DNA of 61,433 nt, the filler included. It is 10 parts of 10 records of this genome, joined end to end, with 100 filler letters (N's around TTAATTAATTAA, not from the genome) between each part and the next. Parts side by side here need not be neighbours in the genome. Positions count along the whole stretch, not along the records: positions 42,755 to 49,074 come from SRR31147125_468606; positions 49,175 to 55,484 come from SRR31147125_469570; positions 55,585 to 61,433 come from SRR31147125_492426; 7 more parts are not named here. One strand, given 5' to 3'. The notes under the pieces were generated by a model. That model ran no database searches. It worked only from the letters and a program-made list of their open reading frames with translations, and had not been told where the DNA came from. Of the stretch, positions 46,711-57,734 are shown in pieces; position 1 is the first letter of the stretch, and each line of letters starts with the position of its first letter. A program made the translations under genes and the position numbers.

Positions 46711-48302
46711 TCAAGCCTTTGGGTTAACAAGATCTGCCACAATCTGGGCATTCGCTTCGGCTTCCCGTTGTGCATATTTCACGAAGTCTCCATCCACTGG
46801 CTCAGAATCTTGTTGCGCTGTCTGGGAGATGGTTGTTATCCCCGTTGTCTTTCGTGGGAGACCAGGAACCGGAGTTGCCGAGACAGATGGCCTGAGAAGG
46901 GGCAAAGAAGGGGAGGCGACTTGTGCCCCATCGTCTTCGGTAGGGAGGGGAGTCGGGGAAGGCGATGCCGCTTCGGGCGCCCGAAGACCTTCCTCCTTCC
47001 ATTGCCTTCGGAGCATTTCCTGCATTTTCTTGGTGCAGTTACACGCGAAGGCATCGCAAATGGTTGTGCGTGGATGTTTCCCCATAATTTGGATCTTGTG
47101 TCCCACCATTTCGTTTGCCATTTGTTCACATTTCCTGAATTTGCGTGCCTTCCTCTGAAACTCCTCTTCAAGACTTCCAATCTTTTCCAAACAATCAACA
47201 AATGGGATGATGAATACACACACACACGTTCCTGACGTACCGTTCCCTCCACACCGAATCCATCTGGAAGGTCTGATGGGTGGCCATGTTGATCGTGTAC
47301 ACGTACAAGGATATCACGGGGAGCCACCTCTGCGTGTTCCACAACCACCTTGGGACACTTGACATCGCCATATTTGCGAATGTGTATTTCAGCGTCAGGG
47401 CACTCGGCAGGCTTGGGACATTTCTATATCCAATTGCATGTTACGGATACAAGTGATAATCGATCCCTCCTCCTTACCTTGGGAGACGGGGAGGGTACAC
47501 ACGCCTCTTTCCCTTCCCGTGTAGCCCGCTCCCTGAGCTTTTGCAGATCATCCGCAATCCGTTCGCAATGGGTCTTGTTGCTGTACAGTGGATCGTGGAA
47601 GAGAGCCTCACTCAACTCGAAGCCCTTGTGTCGGATGAGTGAACGGAGGGAGGGAAGGATGCAACGACAAGCGTACCGTAACAGGGGAATCCATTCCATG
47701 ACGGTTCCGAAGCACAGCACCAATAAGGTGGTGACAAATGGAACAACACGCGTTTGCCCCGAGCCGAGGACACACACACGTGTTCAAAGGACCGTCCGCG
47801 CCTACTATAGGAAGGGAGTCTAATGATAGTGGTAAGGGAGGGAGGGAGACAGAGCTATCGGTGGAGAACACTACCTCGTCCACCGGGGAAGTAGTCGGGC
47901 GCCTCACTCGACGAACTCACAACAAGATGGAGGGACGCTGGACCTTCCCACTTCTGCACACACCCACGAGGAGTCGGTCCCCATCCCCACCCACAGCCCC
48001 ACACAAACCCTCACGGACGTACCGGCAGTCCTTCCTCTGTGCCTTGATTCATTCGCGTTCCTAGTGGTTCATGCAGCATCCTTTCTTCCATTCGTGCTTC
48101 CTCAAGCTGTTCAGGATCCATATCCGTGTCCTGGGCGTCTACAGTGCTCGATCCCCAACCCCACGCCATGTCGTCGTCGTCGTCCCCCATAGCCTCGTCC
48201 CAATTCTCCCCCTCGTCATCGTCTGCAGCAACCCAGGGGGGACGTGGCTAGTAGGAGCCACAACCCCAGTCCCAACCCCACCACACACCAACCACCGGGC
48301 AT
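46711..48302 (-). CDS. Hypothetical, probably secreted, multi-exon protein
   Basis: Signal-like MPGGWCVVGLGLGLWLLLA and Cys-containing downstream exons. Exon structure uncertain. Confidence 0.35.
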
Positions 48303-48456
48303 GAGAGGGGAAATGGTCTTTGTTGAGGGGCGGTGGTCAAGAAACTCATCCTTCACGATGGTTTGTGTACTACGTGAAACAACAACAGCAACCACAAGCA
48401 CCACAACAACCACAACAACACTCCATTACTTCCATCAGAAGGAAGGGGAATGTGTT

Positions 48457-49074
48457 CAATCGAGTGCTTCTCCCGAGACGGGTCCAAGGCCGCCGAGGGG
48501 ACCTTGCTCAATACCGCACTCGTCCGTCCCACGGCGGATCTTGAAGAGACCCTACAAAAGAAAAGGTGTGATTAGTCAGGGGAAGTCCTACAAACAAGTC
48601 GTTGAACATACGTCCATGCCCCACGAGGAGCCCCATGAGTTCTGGACAAGCCAATACTTGACTCCACCCTCAACGCCCCATCCGAGAATCTTTGGGGAGA
48701 CCTTGTTACAATGCCAATTCTCTCATTCCATCCCATTCCATCTCTCGCACCTTCACAGCGTGGTATCCCGCCAACGAGGAAGATGTCTTGACGTACACAC
48801 CAGACGAATAGGAGAAGAAGTCCTGGTAGACAGCAAAGCAGACCTCGAATGGGCCGCCCTTCATCATTTCCGCTTGCATCGCAGATTCACCCTTGACTTG
48901 ATATGAGTTCTTGACGTGGTGGAACACGATCTCGGAGCCGTCTGCACACGTCGACGGGCATGTGCCGGTTTGGCCACCACCCGATGTGTAAGGCACACAT
49001 TCGTCACTTGGGATTCCTGTTTCGGTCATGAACTAGAGTGAACGTTAGTGGTACGTCTCTTCCCTTCCATCATC
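48457..49074 (-). CDS. Cathepsin B-like cysteine protease, 5' truncated
   Basis: CVPYTSG...[45 protein letters not shown] and [13 protein letters not shown]. Confidence 0.9.
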
Positions 49075-49174
49075 NNNNNNNNNNNNNNNNNNNNNNNNNN
49101 NNNNNNNNNNNNNNNNNNTTAATTAATTAANNNNNNNNNNNNNNNNNNNNNNNNNNNNNNNNNNNNNNNNNNNN

Positions 49175-52100
49175 TACACAGCGGGAGAATACATCAAAGA
49201 CTCGCCCTCGGTTTTGCATGTCGATGCGGGACCGCTTGTGGCTGCGAACACGGCTGTGTGGGGTGATGGACTTGGCGAGGTTCCTGCCGGTCAGGAGACT
49301 GAGTTCCTGCTGCGTACCCGTGATCGTTTTGAGAACTATCGTTGGGAAGGTGGGGATGATGTCACGGTAACGATGGTTGGACCGGAGGAGGATGCGAAAC
49401 CCACTATCAAAGACGAGAAGAATGGTATCTATCACGTCACCTACAAGGTTGTCAAGGCAGGTACCTACTTCTTTGACATTAGCATCAATGGCGCCCCGGT
49501 TCAAAAACACTCCTTTAATGCCACCGTGCTTGCGGGTCCATCCAGTTACAAAATGACGACAACAGATCTTGGTGATAAGCCATCTCTTCGTACGGGTCAG
49601 GTTGTGTCGTTCAACGTGATTTCCAAGGACGAGTTTGGGAACCAGCCCAGTCAAGGCAACGAACAGATATTCGTGGTGGTGGAGGGTCCGCAGAACCTTA
49701 ACGCTGAGGTGACGGACAACGGAGACGGAACGTACTTGGCTGCTTTCCGTGTGGATCGCTCGGGTGATTACAACATCACCGTCATCATCAACGGTACTCC
49801 GCTCGCCTCGGGCCCCTTGCTCGTTTCGATGAATACGGGACCAGGAAGTCCAGCGTACTCGTTTGTGGATCGTCTGGAGGATTCGGTTATTGTGGCGGGC
49901 GTTCCTGTTCGTGTCGTGTTCCATGCCTACGATGGATTCAACAACTCCATTCGTAGTGGAGGTGATCCCTTCAAGGTCCATGTTCTCGGGTCGCTGGGTC
50001 CGCCTGCTCTGAATGCATCCATTACGGACTTTGACAACGGCACCTTCGAGGCTACCTTTATACCCACCAAGGCACAGGGCCTTGAAGTGAGCGTCAGTTT
50101 GCTGGGCAAGGACATTCGCGGATCGCCTGTGAGAGTTGCGGTTGAGGCAGCGGAACCGTTTGCGGCCAATTGCAAGGCAGAGGGTCCGGGACTCGTATCC
50201 GGAACAGCAGGAGAAGGGTCCACGTTTGTTCTTCGAACCCTGGACAAGTTCCACAATGTACGTCATCGACCCGAAGCCACCAATGGCTTTGAGGGGAAAC
50301 TCCGTGTGGAGGACAACCTCGTCCTTTGCAACATTACGGACAACACGGACGGAACCTATACGGTTGTGTATGTTCCCGAGAAAGCGGGCAACGGCACTCT
50401 CCTGATCACGTACAACGGGGATCCCGTTGACCAGTCACCCTACACCGGAGTGGCCATCAGTCCGGGTCGACACACCAGTGCCCTGGGTTCTGCTGCGGAG
50501 GGTCCGGGTCTGGCCCACGAGGTTCTGGCGGGTGATGAGCAACAATTCACCATATTTGCTCGAGACATGTTCAACAACACCCGGAAGGTGGGAGGCGACA
50601 ACTTCAAGGTCCAAATCCAGGGACCCGTTCATCACGGGGACAAGATTCCCACTGTTTCCGTGACGGACAACGAGGACGGTACCTACACGGTCACGTATCG
50701 GCTGCACATCCTCGGTCGCTATGACATCCACATATCGCTTTTGCGTGACTACGGCCTCAAGAGCACGGACGGTGTGAAGACAAATGACACGGAGCTGGTT
50801 GGTAGTCCCTTCCACGTGAACGTTGTTCCTGGTGCCGCGGACCCTGCGCACTGTACCGCCGAGGGGAATGGTCTTCGACCTGTTATCACGGTGGGCCAAC
50901 CCGAGCAATTTGTTATCCGGGCTCGCGATACGTACGACAGCCCTCACATTGCAGGCGGTGTCAACTGGATCATCCTGATTGGTGGACCCGAGGGAGACGA
51001 TGGGGCAGGTTCTGGTCATGTGGTGGACAATGGCGACGGGACGTACAATGTCACCTACACCATTCACAAGAGCGGAGAACATCGGATCTTTGTTTCGTTG
51101 GAAGACCACCCTCTGCATCAAATCCACAATGCTCCGTTTGTTGTGACGGCGGATGCCGGTCAGACCGAACCCGGGAACTCAAGTGCCTCGGGTGTGGGTC
51201 TTGAGCCCCAGCTTGCAGGTCTGGTCACTTCGTTTTCCATTACATCACGCGATCGTTTCGGAAACCAACGTACCATTGGCGGCGATAAGTACAGTGTCAC
51301 CATCGAGGGTGTGGAGAACGTTGTACCCGTGGTTCACGACAACGAAAACGGGGTGTACACAGTGAAGGCCGACTACAAGAAGGCAGGCAACTATACGATT
51401 GCTGTCAAGATCGACGAACACCACATCAAAGGATCTCCGTTTACGAAACTGGTTATGGCAGGAAAGTCGGACGCTCGCCTGGCCGAAGCCATGGGAAGTG
51501 GGATCAACAATACCGTCGTGGGTGCCACGACCACGTTCAAGCTTTTCGCTCGTGATGAATTGGGCAACTTCCTGCGACAAGGAGGCCTCACGAACTGGGC
51601 CTTCCAGGTGTCTGGACCGGATTCCTTCCACGTGACCGTGACGGATAACCACGATGGAAGCTACACGGGAACGTACACAGCTGACAAGCCCGGGACCTAC
51701 ATGGTAGAAATTCTTCTCGATGACTTTGAGATTACCGGTTCCCCCTACAAGGTCTTTGTGGAATTCCCCACGGATCCGTCCAAGGTTGAAGTTCAAGGTC
51801 CTGGGGAACACGGCTTCCAGGCAGGTGTTGAGACAACCTTCACGATTGTCTCGCGCACAGCAGACGGTAGTCCACGACGCACAGGGGGCGATCACTATCG
51901 TGTTGTGATCACGCCCATCCTCGACATTCCCAAGGCTGAAACAGAAAAACCTGTCGGGGAAGAGGCCGATGTTGTGGACAACAAGGACGGAACCTACACG
52001 GTTAGCTATACGCCCAAGGTGTCGGGACGCTTCGATCTGGATGTACAACTCGGGGATCACAACGTGAAGGACTTCAAGGTGGATGTCAAGGTTGGCGTTA

Positions 52101-55100
52101 CGGATCCTGTCTTGTCCAAGATCTCGGGTGACGGTCTCCGTCGTGCAACAGCTGGTGAAGTTGCCCATGTAACGATTGTGTCCTTTGACAAGGGCGGGAA
52201 TCGTCGTACGACAGGCGGGGATCGTATCATGGTCTCCTTTGACCCTGCGGACTCGTCCCGAGACGAGGCGGACGTGAAAGACAATCACGACGGTACCTAC
52301 ACTGTGCTGTACAACCGAAAGCTGGCCGGCAAGATGGAACTTGTTGTTCGATTGAATGGAATCAACATGGCGTGCCCCACGTACTCGACGCAGTGTGCTG
52401 TCACAGGAACAAGTGAAACGGAAGGTGATGAGGAGTGCTCGCAATTTGTTGTTGACGTTGCTCCGAATGTCCCGTTCGCTGCCACCACGTACGTGGAAGG
52501 CGCCGGTGTCCAGCACGGCATGGCCGGCGAAGATGCAACGTTCGAAGTAATTGTGCGAGATCAGTACGCGAATCGCCTGGATTCGGGTGGACTCTACGCC
52601 GATGGAACCCTCAGCGTGACGATCGACACACCTTCGGAAAAGAAACAGACATTCGACGTTGTGGATCACGAAAATGCCGGATACCTCGTCTCGTACCACC
52701 CCGAGGTTGCCGGGACCTACACCGTGGATGTTCGTATCAAGCACGATCCTGTGAAAGGCAGCACATTCAAGCCTGTGATCGAACCTGCTGCAGCGGACCC
52801 CGCCCAGAGCATCCTTTCGTTTGTGGGTGGACGGCTGGCGGTTGTTGCCGGAACACAGGCTCAATACGTTCTTCACGCGCGTGATCGCTTCCGAAATCAC
52901 TTGTGGAAGGGTGGCAACGACGTGACAGTGGTCATTGAACCTACGGGCTTTGCTCGCCTGTCGCCCAACTGCACCGTTGTGGACAATCGTGACGGATCGT
53001 ACGGTGTGGCTTGTGGTGTGTACAAGGTTGGAGCGTACGTTGTGGAAGTGCTTCTGGAGGGTCAGGATGTTGTGGGCAGTGGAAGCAACTTCACGGTGCT
53101 GCCTGCCGCCACCAAGCCTCTTCACTCCGTTGTGAGCAGTGACTTTGCGCCCTCGGTCTGGGCGGGACGTCCGTATGCGTTCCACGTGAAGACGTTCGAC
53201 GAGTTTGGCAATGCCCGAACGACAGGCGGCGACACGATCACCATGACAACATCATTCGGAGCCGCTGTCTTGACCGAGGTCACGGATCATGAGAACGGTG
53301 AATTCGATGTCGTCTACCGCTTGTTCCGACCTGATGTTGATACGGCGGATATCCGGGTGAACGGAGTCGTCGTGAAGGAGTTCCCCGTGGATGTTAGGCT
53401 CGGGGACCGACCTGTGTACAGTCGGTTCATGACGGGCGACTGGATTCGTGAGAATGCTGTGTTTGATTGTGAGCCTGCCGAACGGAGGTTGAGTTCCGAC
53501 TTTGCCCTTGAGTTCCTGTCGGAACGCGGCGAGACGTACACCAAACTGTTTGAAGTACCGTTCTTGGATGCCTCGGGTGACCAAACCGACCTTGAGATCG
53601 AGTATCTGGCTCGTGTTGTCTTCTCTGTGTCTGAGCTGTCCAACTTCAGTCATCCCATTGTGGGGTTGAGTGACGGTGAAAACGTCGTGGCGTTCAAACG
53701 TGCATCGGTTCTGGAATCTAGCACGCCATTGGGAACTGCGATTGCAGGCAAAGACGGGCTCACCCTGCGCGATCAGACTTTGTTCACGCCGCCCTCTGCC
53801 AGCAAGGACGTCGAAGATGTACGGAGGACCGTTGAGTTGACGTATGTTCTGGGTCCGCGCACGTTGCTTCTTGCAAGTGGTGGCTCCTTTGTGGAACCTC
53901 TTGTCTGGGCGTCGCCACGTCCCCTGGATCGCAAGAAGAGTCTTACACTGGTCATGTTTGCAGCCAGTCGGACCGAGCAGTACTCTGTGTTTGACGTCAT
54001 GGTGGAGGTACACGAGGAGAATGAGTTCCATCACTTCTTCTCTCCCGATTTTCTGCTTGCCACGGGCCTGAACGAAGCTGAAGCTGCCAAGGTTGCATCA
54101 CGTACAATGCAAGGGGAGGCCTTACAAGTCGAGACACGGGAGATGGAGGATGTGCAGGGCGTGAAGCTCTTCGATGTGCCGGTCATGTACAAGAAGGTCC
54201 TGGCGGGCTTCCCGTCGGCTGTGCACATCACGGCCTACTTTGGGGGTGCTACTCACAACGACCTGACCTTTGGTCTCACGGACGGCCTGGTGATGGAAGG
54301 TTTCTCTGTAGGTCGGGGACACATTGGTGCAGCCGTTGCCGGAGATCTCACGACCTTCCTTGTCAAGCCACCGTCTCCACCCTCGTCCCCGTCCCCGTCT
54401 CCCTCATCTTCCTCTCCGTCAACCAATACTACTACTACCGCCAACGCCACCACCACCACCGCCACCACCACTACCACCACCACCACGTCAAGTAGCAATC
54501 GGTTGAAGTGGAACGAACCCGATGGAGGACAAGCCGAGGCTCTTGGTATCGAGACCGGGCTTGGTGGTGTGTCTGATCAAGGAATGCGACGAGTTGAAAT
54601 TGCCATTGTTCTTCAAGATGGTCAAGACTTTGTTCTTGTACGCACAAGCCGGACTGATCCCGCCGTGTTGTATCCTGTTGCCCATCACCTGGACCGTGAA
54701 CGACCCTTGTCTCTTGTGGCTCTTGCCCCATCGACACATGCGGTCTACACGCTGTACGGCATCCGTGTTGATGTTGTACCACGCCAAGGCTTTGTGCGAG
54801 AACTTCTTGCCTATCATCGTATTCTTTCCGCTGATGTGTTGCACACGAAGACGGACTCGGGTACGTTTAAGGACGGGCGCCTCGTATTTGGACCTCGAAA
54901 GGGGGCGGGAGCGAAGCTTCTGGCCCTTCCTCTGCTCCAGAAGGACCAACTGACGACGGAGAAGGCTGGCGTTGTGGCTCGACTGGTTGTGACTGCCTCT
55001 GCGCTGACGGAACATAACGAACTGACCATCGGACTCACGGACGGCACCCATGTTGTTGGTTTTACACGTAGCGACATGGCAGCACGCAACCAGACCATTG

Positions 55101-55396
55101 GTTGGGTGTATGCGGGTCGTGATGGGGAACGCCTCGACGTCGGGGGTGATCTGCACAGGAAGGCGGGACGCTCTGCGTCCGTTTTCCATACAACGTTTGA
55201 AGTGTACCTCCGCCTGGGTGAGACGACGACGGATGTTCTTGTGGTTGCGGGTGCGGAGGATGCTCCCAGTGTGTTCCGACCCGACGTACACCTCAACGTT
55301 CACGACGGCCTTGGTCTTGTTGTGTTTGGAGGTGGTGCCCAAGACGAGTATGCCCTCTACGCCATCGAGGCCACTCTCTTTGAAGAGGTGTACTGA
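49175..55396 (+). CDS. Giant filamin/ABP-280-repeat protein (at least 13 repeats) with three C-terminal ~200-aa repeats; 5' truncated, no introns seen
   Basis: Frame open from the contig start. Repeated RDxFGN..GG..VTDNxDGTY..Y...G.Y...GSPF units. Confidence 0.9.
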   Translation, partial: YTAGEYIKDSPSVLHVDAGPLVAANTAVWGDGLGEVPAGQETEFLLRTRDRFENYRWEGGDDVTVTMVGPEEDAKPTIKDEKNGIYHVTYKVVKAGTYFFDISINGAPVQKHSFNATVLAGPSSYKMTTTDLGDKPSLRTGQVVSFNVISKDEFGNQPSQGNEQIFVVVEGPQNLNAEVTDNGDGTYLAAFRVDRSGDYNITVIINGTPLASGPLLVSMNTGPGSPAYSFVDRLEDSVIVAGVPVRVVFHAYDGFNNSIRSGGDPFKVHVLGSLGPPALNASITDFDNGTFEATFIPTKAQGLEVSVSLLGKDIRGSPVRVAVEAAEPFAANCKAEGPGLVSGTAGEGSTFVLRTLDKFHNVRHRPEATNGFEGKLRVEDNLVLCNITDNTDGTYTVVYVPEKAGNGTLLITYNGDPVDQSPYTGVAISPGRHTSALGSAAEGPGLAHEVLAGDEQQFTIFARDMFNNTRKVGGDNFKVQIQGPVHHGDKIPTVSVTDNEDGTYTVTYRLHILGRYDIHISLLRDYGLKSTDGVKTNDTELVGSPFHVNVVPGAADPAHCTAEGNGLRPVITVGQPEQFVIRARDTYDSPHIAGGVNWIILIGGPEGDDGAGSGHVVDNGDGTYNVTYTIHKSGEHRIFVSLEDHPLHQIHNAPFVVTADAGQTEPGNSSASGVGLEPQLAGLVTSFSITSRDRFGNQRTIGGDKYSVTIEGVENVVPVVHDNENGVYTVKADYKKAGNYTIAVKIDEHHIKGSPFTKLVMAGKSDARLAEAMGSGINNTVVGATTTFKLFARDELGNFLRQGGLTNWAFQVSGPDSFHVTVTDNHDGSYTGTYTADKPGTYMVEILLDDFEITGSPYKVFVEFPTDPSKVEVQGPGEHGFQAGVETTFTIVSRTADGSPRRTGGDHYRVVITPILDIPKAETEKPVGEEADVVDNKDGTYTVSYTPKVSGRFDLDVQLGDHNVKDFKVDVKVGVTDPVLSKISGDGLRRATAGEVAHVTIVSFDKGGNRRTTGGDRIMVSFDPADSSRDEADVKDNHDGTYTVLYNRKLAGKMELVVRLNGINMACPTYSTQCAVTGTSETEGDEECSQFVVDVAPNVPFAATTYVEGAGVQHGMAGEDATFEVIVRDQYANRLDSGGLYADGTLSVTIDTPSEKKQTFDVVDHENAGYLVSYHPEVAGTYTVDVRIKHDPVKGSTFKPVIEPAAADPAQSILSFVGGRLAVVAGTQAQYVLHARDRFRNHLWKGGNDVTVVIEPTGFARLSPNCTVVDNRDGSYGVACGVYKVGAYVVEVLLEGQDVVGSGSNFTVLPAATKPLHSVVSSDFAPSVWAGRPYAFHVKTFDEFGNARTTGGDTITMTTSFGAAVLTEVTDHENGEFDVVYRLFRPDVDTADIRVNGVVVKEFPVDVRLGDRPVYSRFMTGDWIRENAVFDCEPAERRLSSDFALEFLSERGETYTKLFEVPFLDASGDQTDLEIEYLARVVFSVSELSNFSHPIVGLSDGENVVAFKRASVLESSTPLGTAIAGKDGLTLRDQTLFTPPSASKDVEDVRRTVELTYVLGPRTLLLASGGSFVEPLVWASPRPLDRKKSLTLVMFAASRTEQYSVFDVMVEVHEENEFHHFFSPDFLLATGLNEAEAAKVASRTMQGEALQVETREMEDVQGVKLFDVPVMYKKVLAGFPSAVHITAYFGGATHNDLTFGLTDGLVMEGFSVGRGHIGAAVAGDLTTFLVKPPSPPSSPSPSPSSSSPSTNTTTTANATTTTATTTTTTTTSSSNRLKWNEPDGGQAEALGIETGLGGVSDQGMRRVEIAIVLQDGQDFVLVRTSRTDPAVLYPVAHHLDRERPLSLVALAPSTHAVYTLYGIRVDVVPRQGFVRELLAYHRILSADVLHTKTDSGTFKDGRLVFGPRKGAGAKLLALPLLQKDQLTTEKAGVVARLVVTASALTEHNELTIGLTDGTHVVGFTRSDMAARNQTIGWVYAGRDGERLDVGGDLHRKAGRSASVFHTTFEVYLRLGETTTDVLVVAGAEDAPSVFRPDVHLNVHDGLGLVVFGGGAQDEYALYAIEATLFEEVY

Positions 55397-55584
55397 TTGC
55401 GTGTTCGTGTGGGGCGGGTTCCAGGGGGTTTGATTGGTCTGTTGGTTGGTTGGGTTTGGATGATGGATGGATGGATGGATGGATNNNNNNNNNNNNNNNN
55501 NNNNNNNNNNNNNNNNNNNNNNNNNNNNTTAATTAATTAANNNNNNNNNNNNNNNNNNNNNNNNNNNNNNNNNNNNNNNNNNNN

Positions 55585-57721
55585 TTCCTTTTTCGAGAGG
55601 TCCGCCGCGTCTCCTTGTTCCAGTCGGTAGAACAGGAAGGTGATGGGGGTCACCGGTTGGAAGGCTATCTCCCTGGCCGTGGCCGCCAGCCAGATCCTTT
55701 GCAGAACACGTCCGCCGCGGAAAAATGCGGGGCCGTCCAGACCCGGAATGGTGAGGAGCCCTACCGCAGAGGCGGCCTGAATGCACTTCCTCATGGGTCG
55801 CTTCAGACCCAATCCTCCCCGATGGCGCCTGTTACTCGCATGACCTTCCAGTTTCGTATCAAACGAAGCCCGGCCAGGTCCGTGGCGGTCATCTCCAAGG
55901 TGGCCACATCGAGCCCGTCCCGGGTGCGCTCCACCTCATCGGTGTTCCAGCGCATCTCTCGCATCATATCTCCGTGCATCACTTTGGAGGTCATCCTGAG
56001 CAGATCCCCCGAAGCCAGGATCTCGGCGATTTCTTCCAGCTTTCCCTCTTCGGTGATCCATTGGAGGCGGCACCCGCGTCAGAAGCCGTCTTGCACATGG
56101 CCTCCAGTTCGAAAGAGGGGATGGCGGCCCTGGGCCCCAGCTGGCGATTGGTGACCCGCCTCACAATCTGGTGAACGAGGGGGTCGGGGGACGACGAGCT
56201 ATCAACGCAGGGGGTGAGGGCGATCTCGCAGATCAGGTCAGGGGTGCCTGGATCCGGGAACTCTCTTACCACCGCGTCCATACCCATGGCATCCGCCGCA
56301 AGCCGGAGATTTTCCGCCAGGGATCCGAATGCCAGGTGGCTGGCCCTGTCCCGGTAGTCCAAGAAACCCTCTGAGTGTTCGCGCACGTGAAAACACTTGA
56401 GTACGCCGTCTTTGTACTCCAAGTGCCACGGCTGGCAGTTTCCGCCGGAGAAGGCCATTCCCCCGTAAGCGGCGAGGGTTCGAACGTGGTCTTGGGTGAT
56501 GGAATCTTTCACTTGAACCAGGGGTGGTAGGTCGAAACCCAGGGCTTCTTCTACGATGCCCAGTTCGTCGTCTTGGCCCTTGTCCACTTCTTTGGCGGCC
56601 TCGTCGCTGATCATCTCGGTGATGTCCACATAGAAGCGGCCCGATTTGTTGAGGCGTCCAAGGGCGATTCGCCGGGCGCAATCAACGTTCAACGCAGCCC
56701 CCAGGGCGACTTCAGAGGCGAGCTGGGGCCAGCTGGCCAGGGTGGTTTCGATATCGACCATGGAAGCGGCCATACGCTCAGAGATGCCCTCCTGGTTCAT
56801 GATCTTGAGAACGATGGGCACCTTCTCGAAGGTGGTGAGGCCTTTCAAGGATTTGGCGCTCACGTCCCCGGTGAGCCCGTGGAAGAGGGGCCTGTCGGCT
56901 TCTCTGTCAAAGCGCTCGATGTCCATGAGGCCCCGGTCGCTGGTCTCCATGAGCACCGGTATTCTCAAGGCCCTGGCCCGCTCTCGCACCAGCACCTTCA
57001 TGTGCAGGTCGTCGCACTCCTCGTAGACCAGATCCAGTGGACGTCCCTCGGGGGCGAGGAAGGCGTCGATGTTCTTCTCGGTGACTCCCTCGGTTTGCAG
57101 GTGAACGCGGGCGTATGGATTCATCCCGAAGACATCCCTGGCCGCGATGACAGCCTTGTTGACCCCCAAACTGTGTACCCCCGCGTTGATGCGGTTCATG
57201 TTGGACAACTCCAGGTGGTCGAAGTCCGCCAGGTGGAGCTCGCCGCCGATGTCCTCCATTGTCAACGTCACCGCGGCGGCGTGACCGATGGAGAGTCCCA
57301 CTATCCCGATGCGCAGACCCCTCAGAATTTCCTGCTCCTCCAAGGTGATCTTGTTGCGGTTTCTGCTTGTTCGAAGGTGTTTGAACTCGGCTTCGGGCAG
57401 CACGTGGACCAAGGTTCGCGACCAGGGATAGAAAACCCAGGTTCCGTAACTATGCGCGGGGATATCGCCCAGGTGTCGCGCCACGGCTTCGTCCAGTCTG
57501 GCCCCCTGGAGATCAAGGTCCGGGTGAAGAGTGTCCAGGAGTCCCTCAAGCTGGGTGCGGATGTCGTCGTTCACCGACAACACCTGATCTCCATTAAGCA
57601 GATTCAGCAGGGCCTCTCCGGCCGAGGGATTGGACATGTCGAAGAGTGTAGGTCGCCATTCGCCTTTGTCGTTCATCTTCGAAGCGACGCGGCTCAGTTC
57701 CGTGACAAGCGTCTCGTTCAT
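55585..57721 (-). CDS. Rv1355c-family ThiF/E1-like adenylyltransferase fused to nitroreductase-like domains; two apparent 1-nt deletions (~56070 and ~55818); 3' truncated
   Basis: WVFYPWSR, RNRNKIT.EEQ, IGIVGLSIG, LADFDHLELSNMNR, EECDD, ERFD and WPQLAS; then FSGGNCQPW, RRVTNR and GRVLQRIWLAAT. GGAGG RBS. Confidence 0.9.
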
Positions 57722-57734
57722 GGTGCCTCCGGGG

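Noticed and set aside
6091-49074. Alternative genetic code in the protist contigs
   Set aside because: In the genes I traced, in-frame stops are explained by short introns or indels. Genes end in TGA or TAA, and the 6.2-kb filamin frame is open under the standard code.
5991-55584. Bacterial, phage and eukaryotic genes side by side as horizontal transfer; TTAATTAATTAA as a biological repeat
   Set aside because: All junctions are identical 100-nt artificial spacers between unrelated contigs.
847-56070. Frameshifts in gpG (~848), the charged protein (~7940), PNP (~14570), DUF4340 (~22560), hcpR (~34972), cathepsin B (~48498) and ThiF (~55818, ~56070) read as pseudogenes or programmed recoding
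   Set aside because: Each is fixed by adding one base to a short homopolymer, and they occur in unrelated organisms, which points to systematic sequencing or consensus error.
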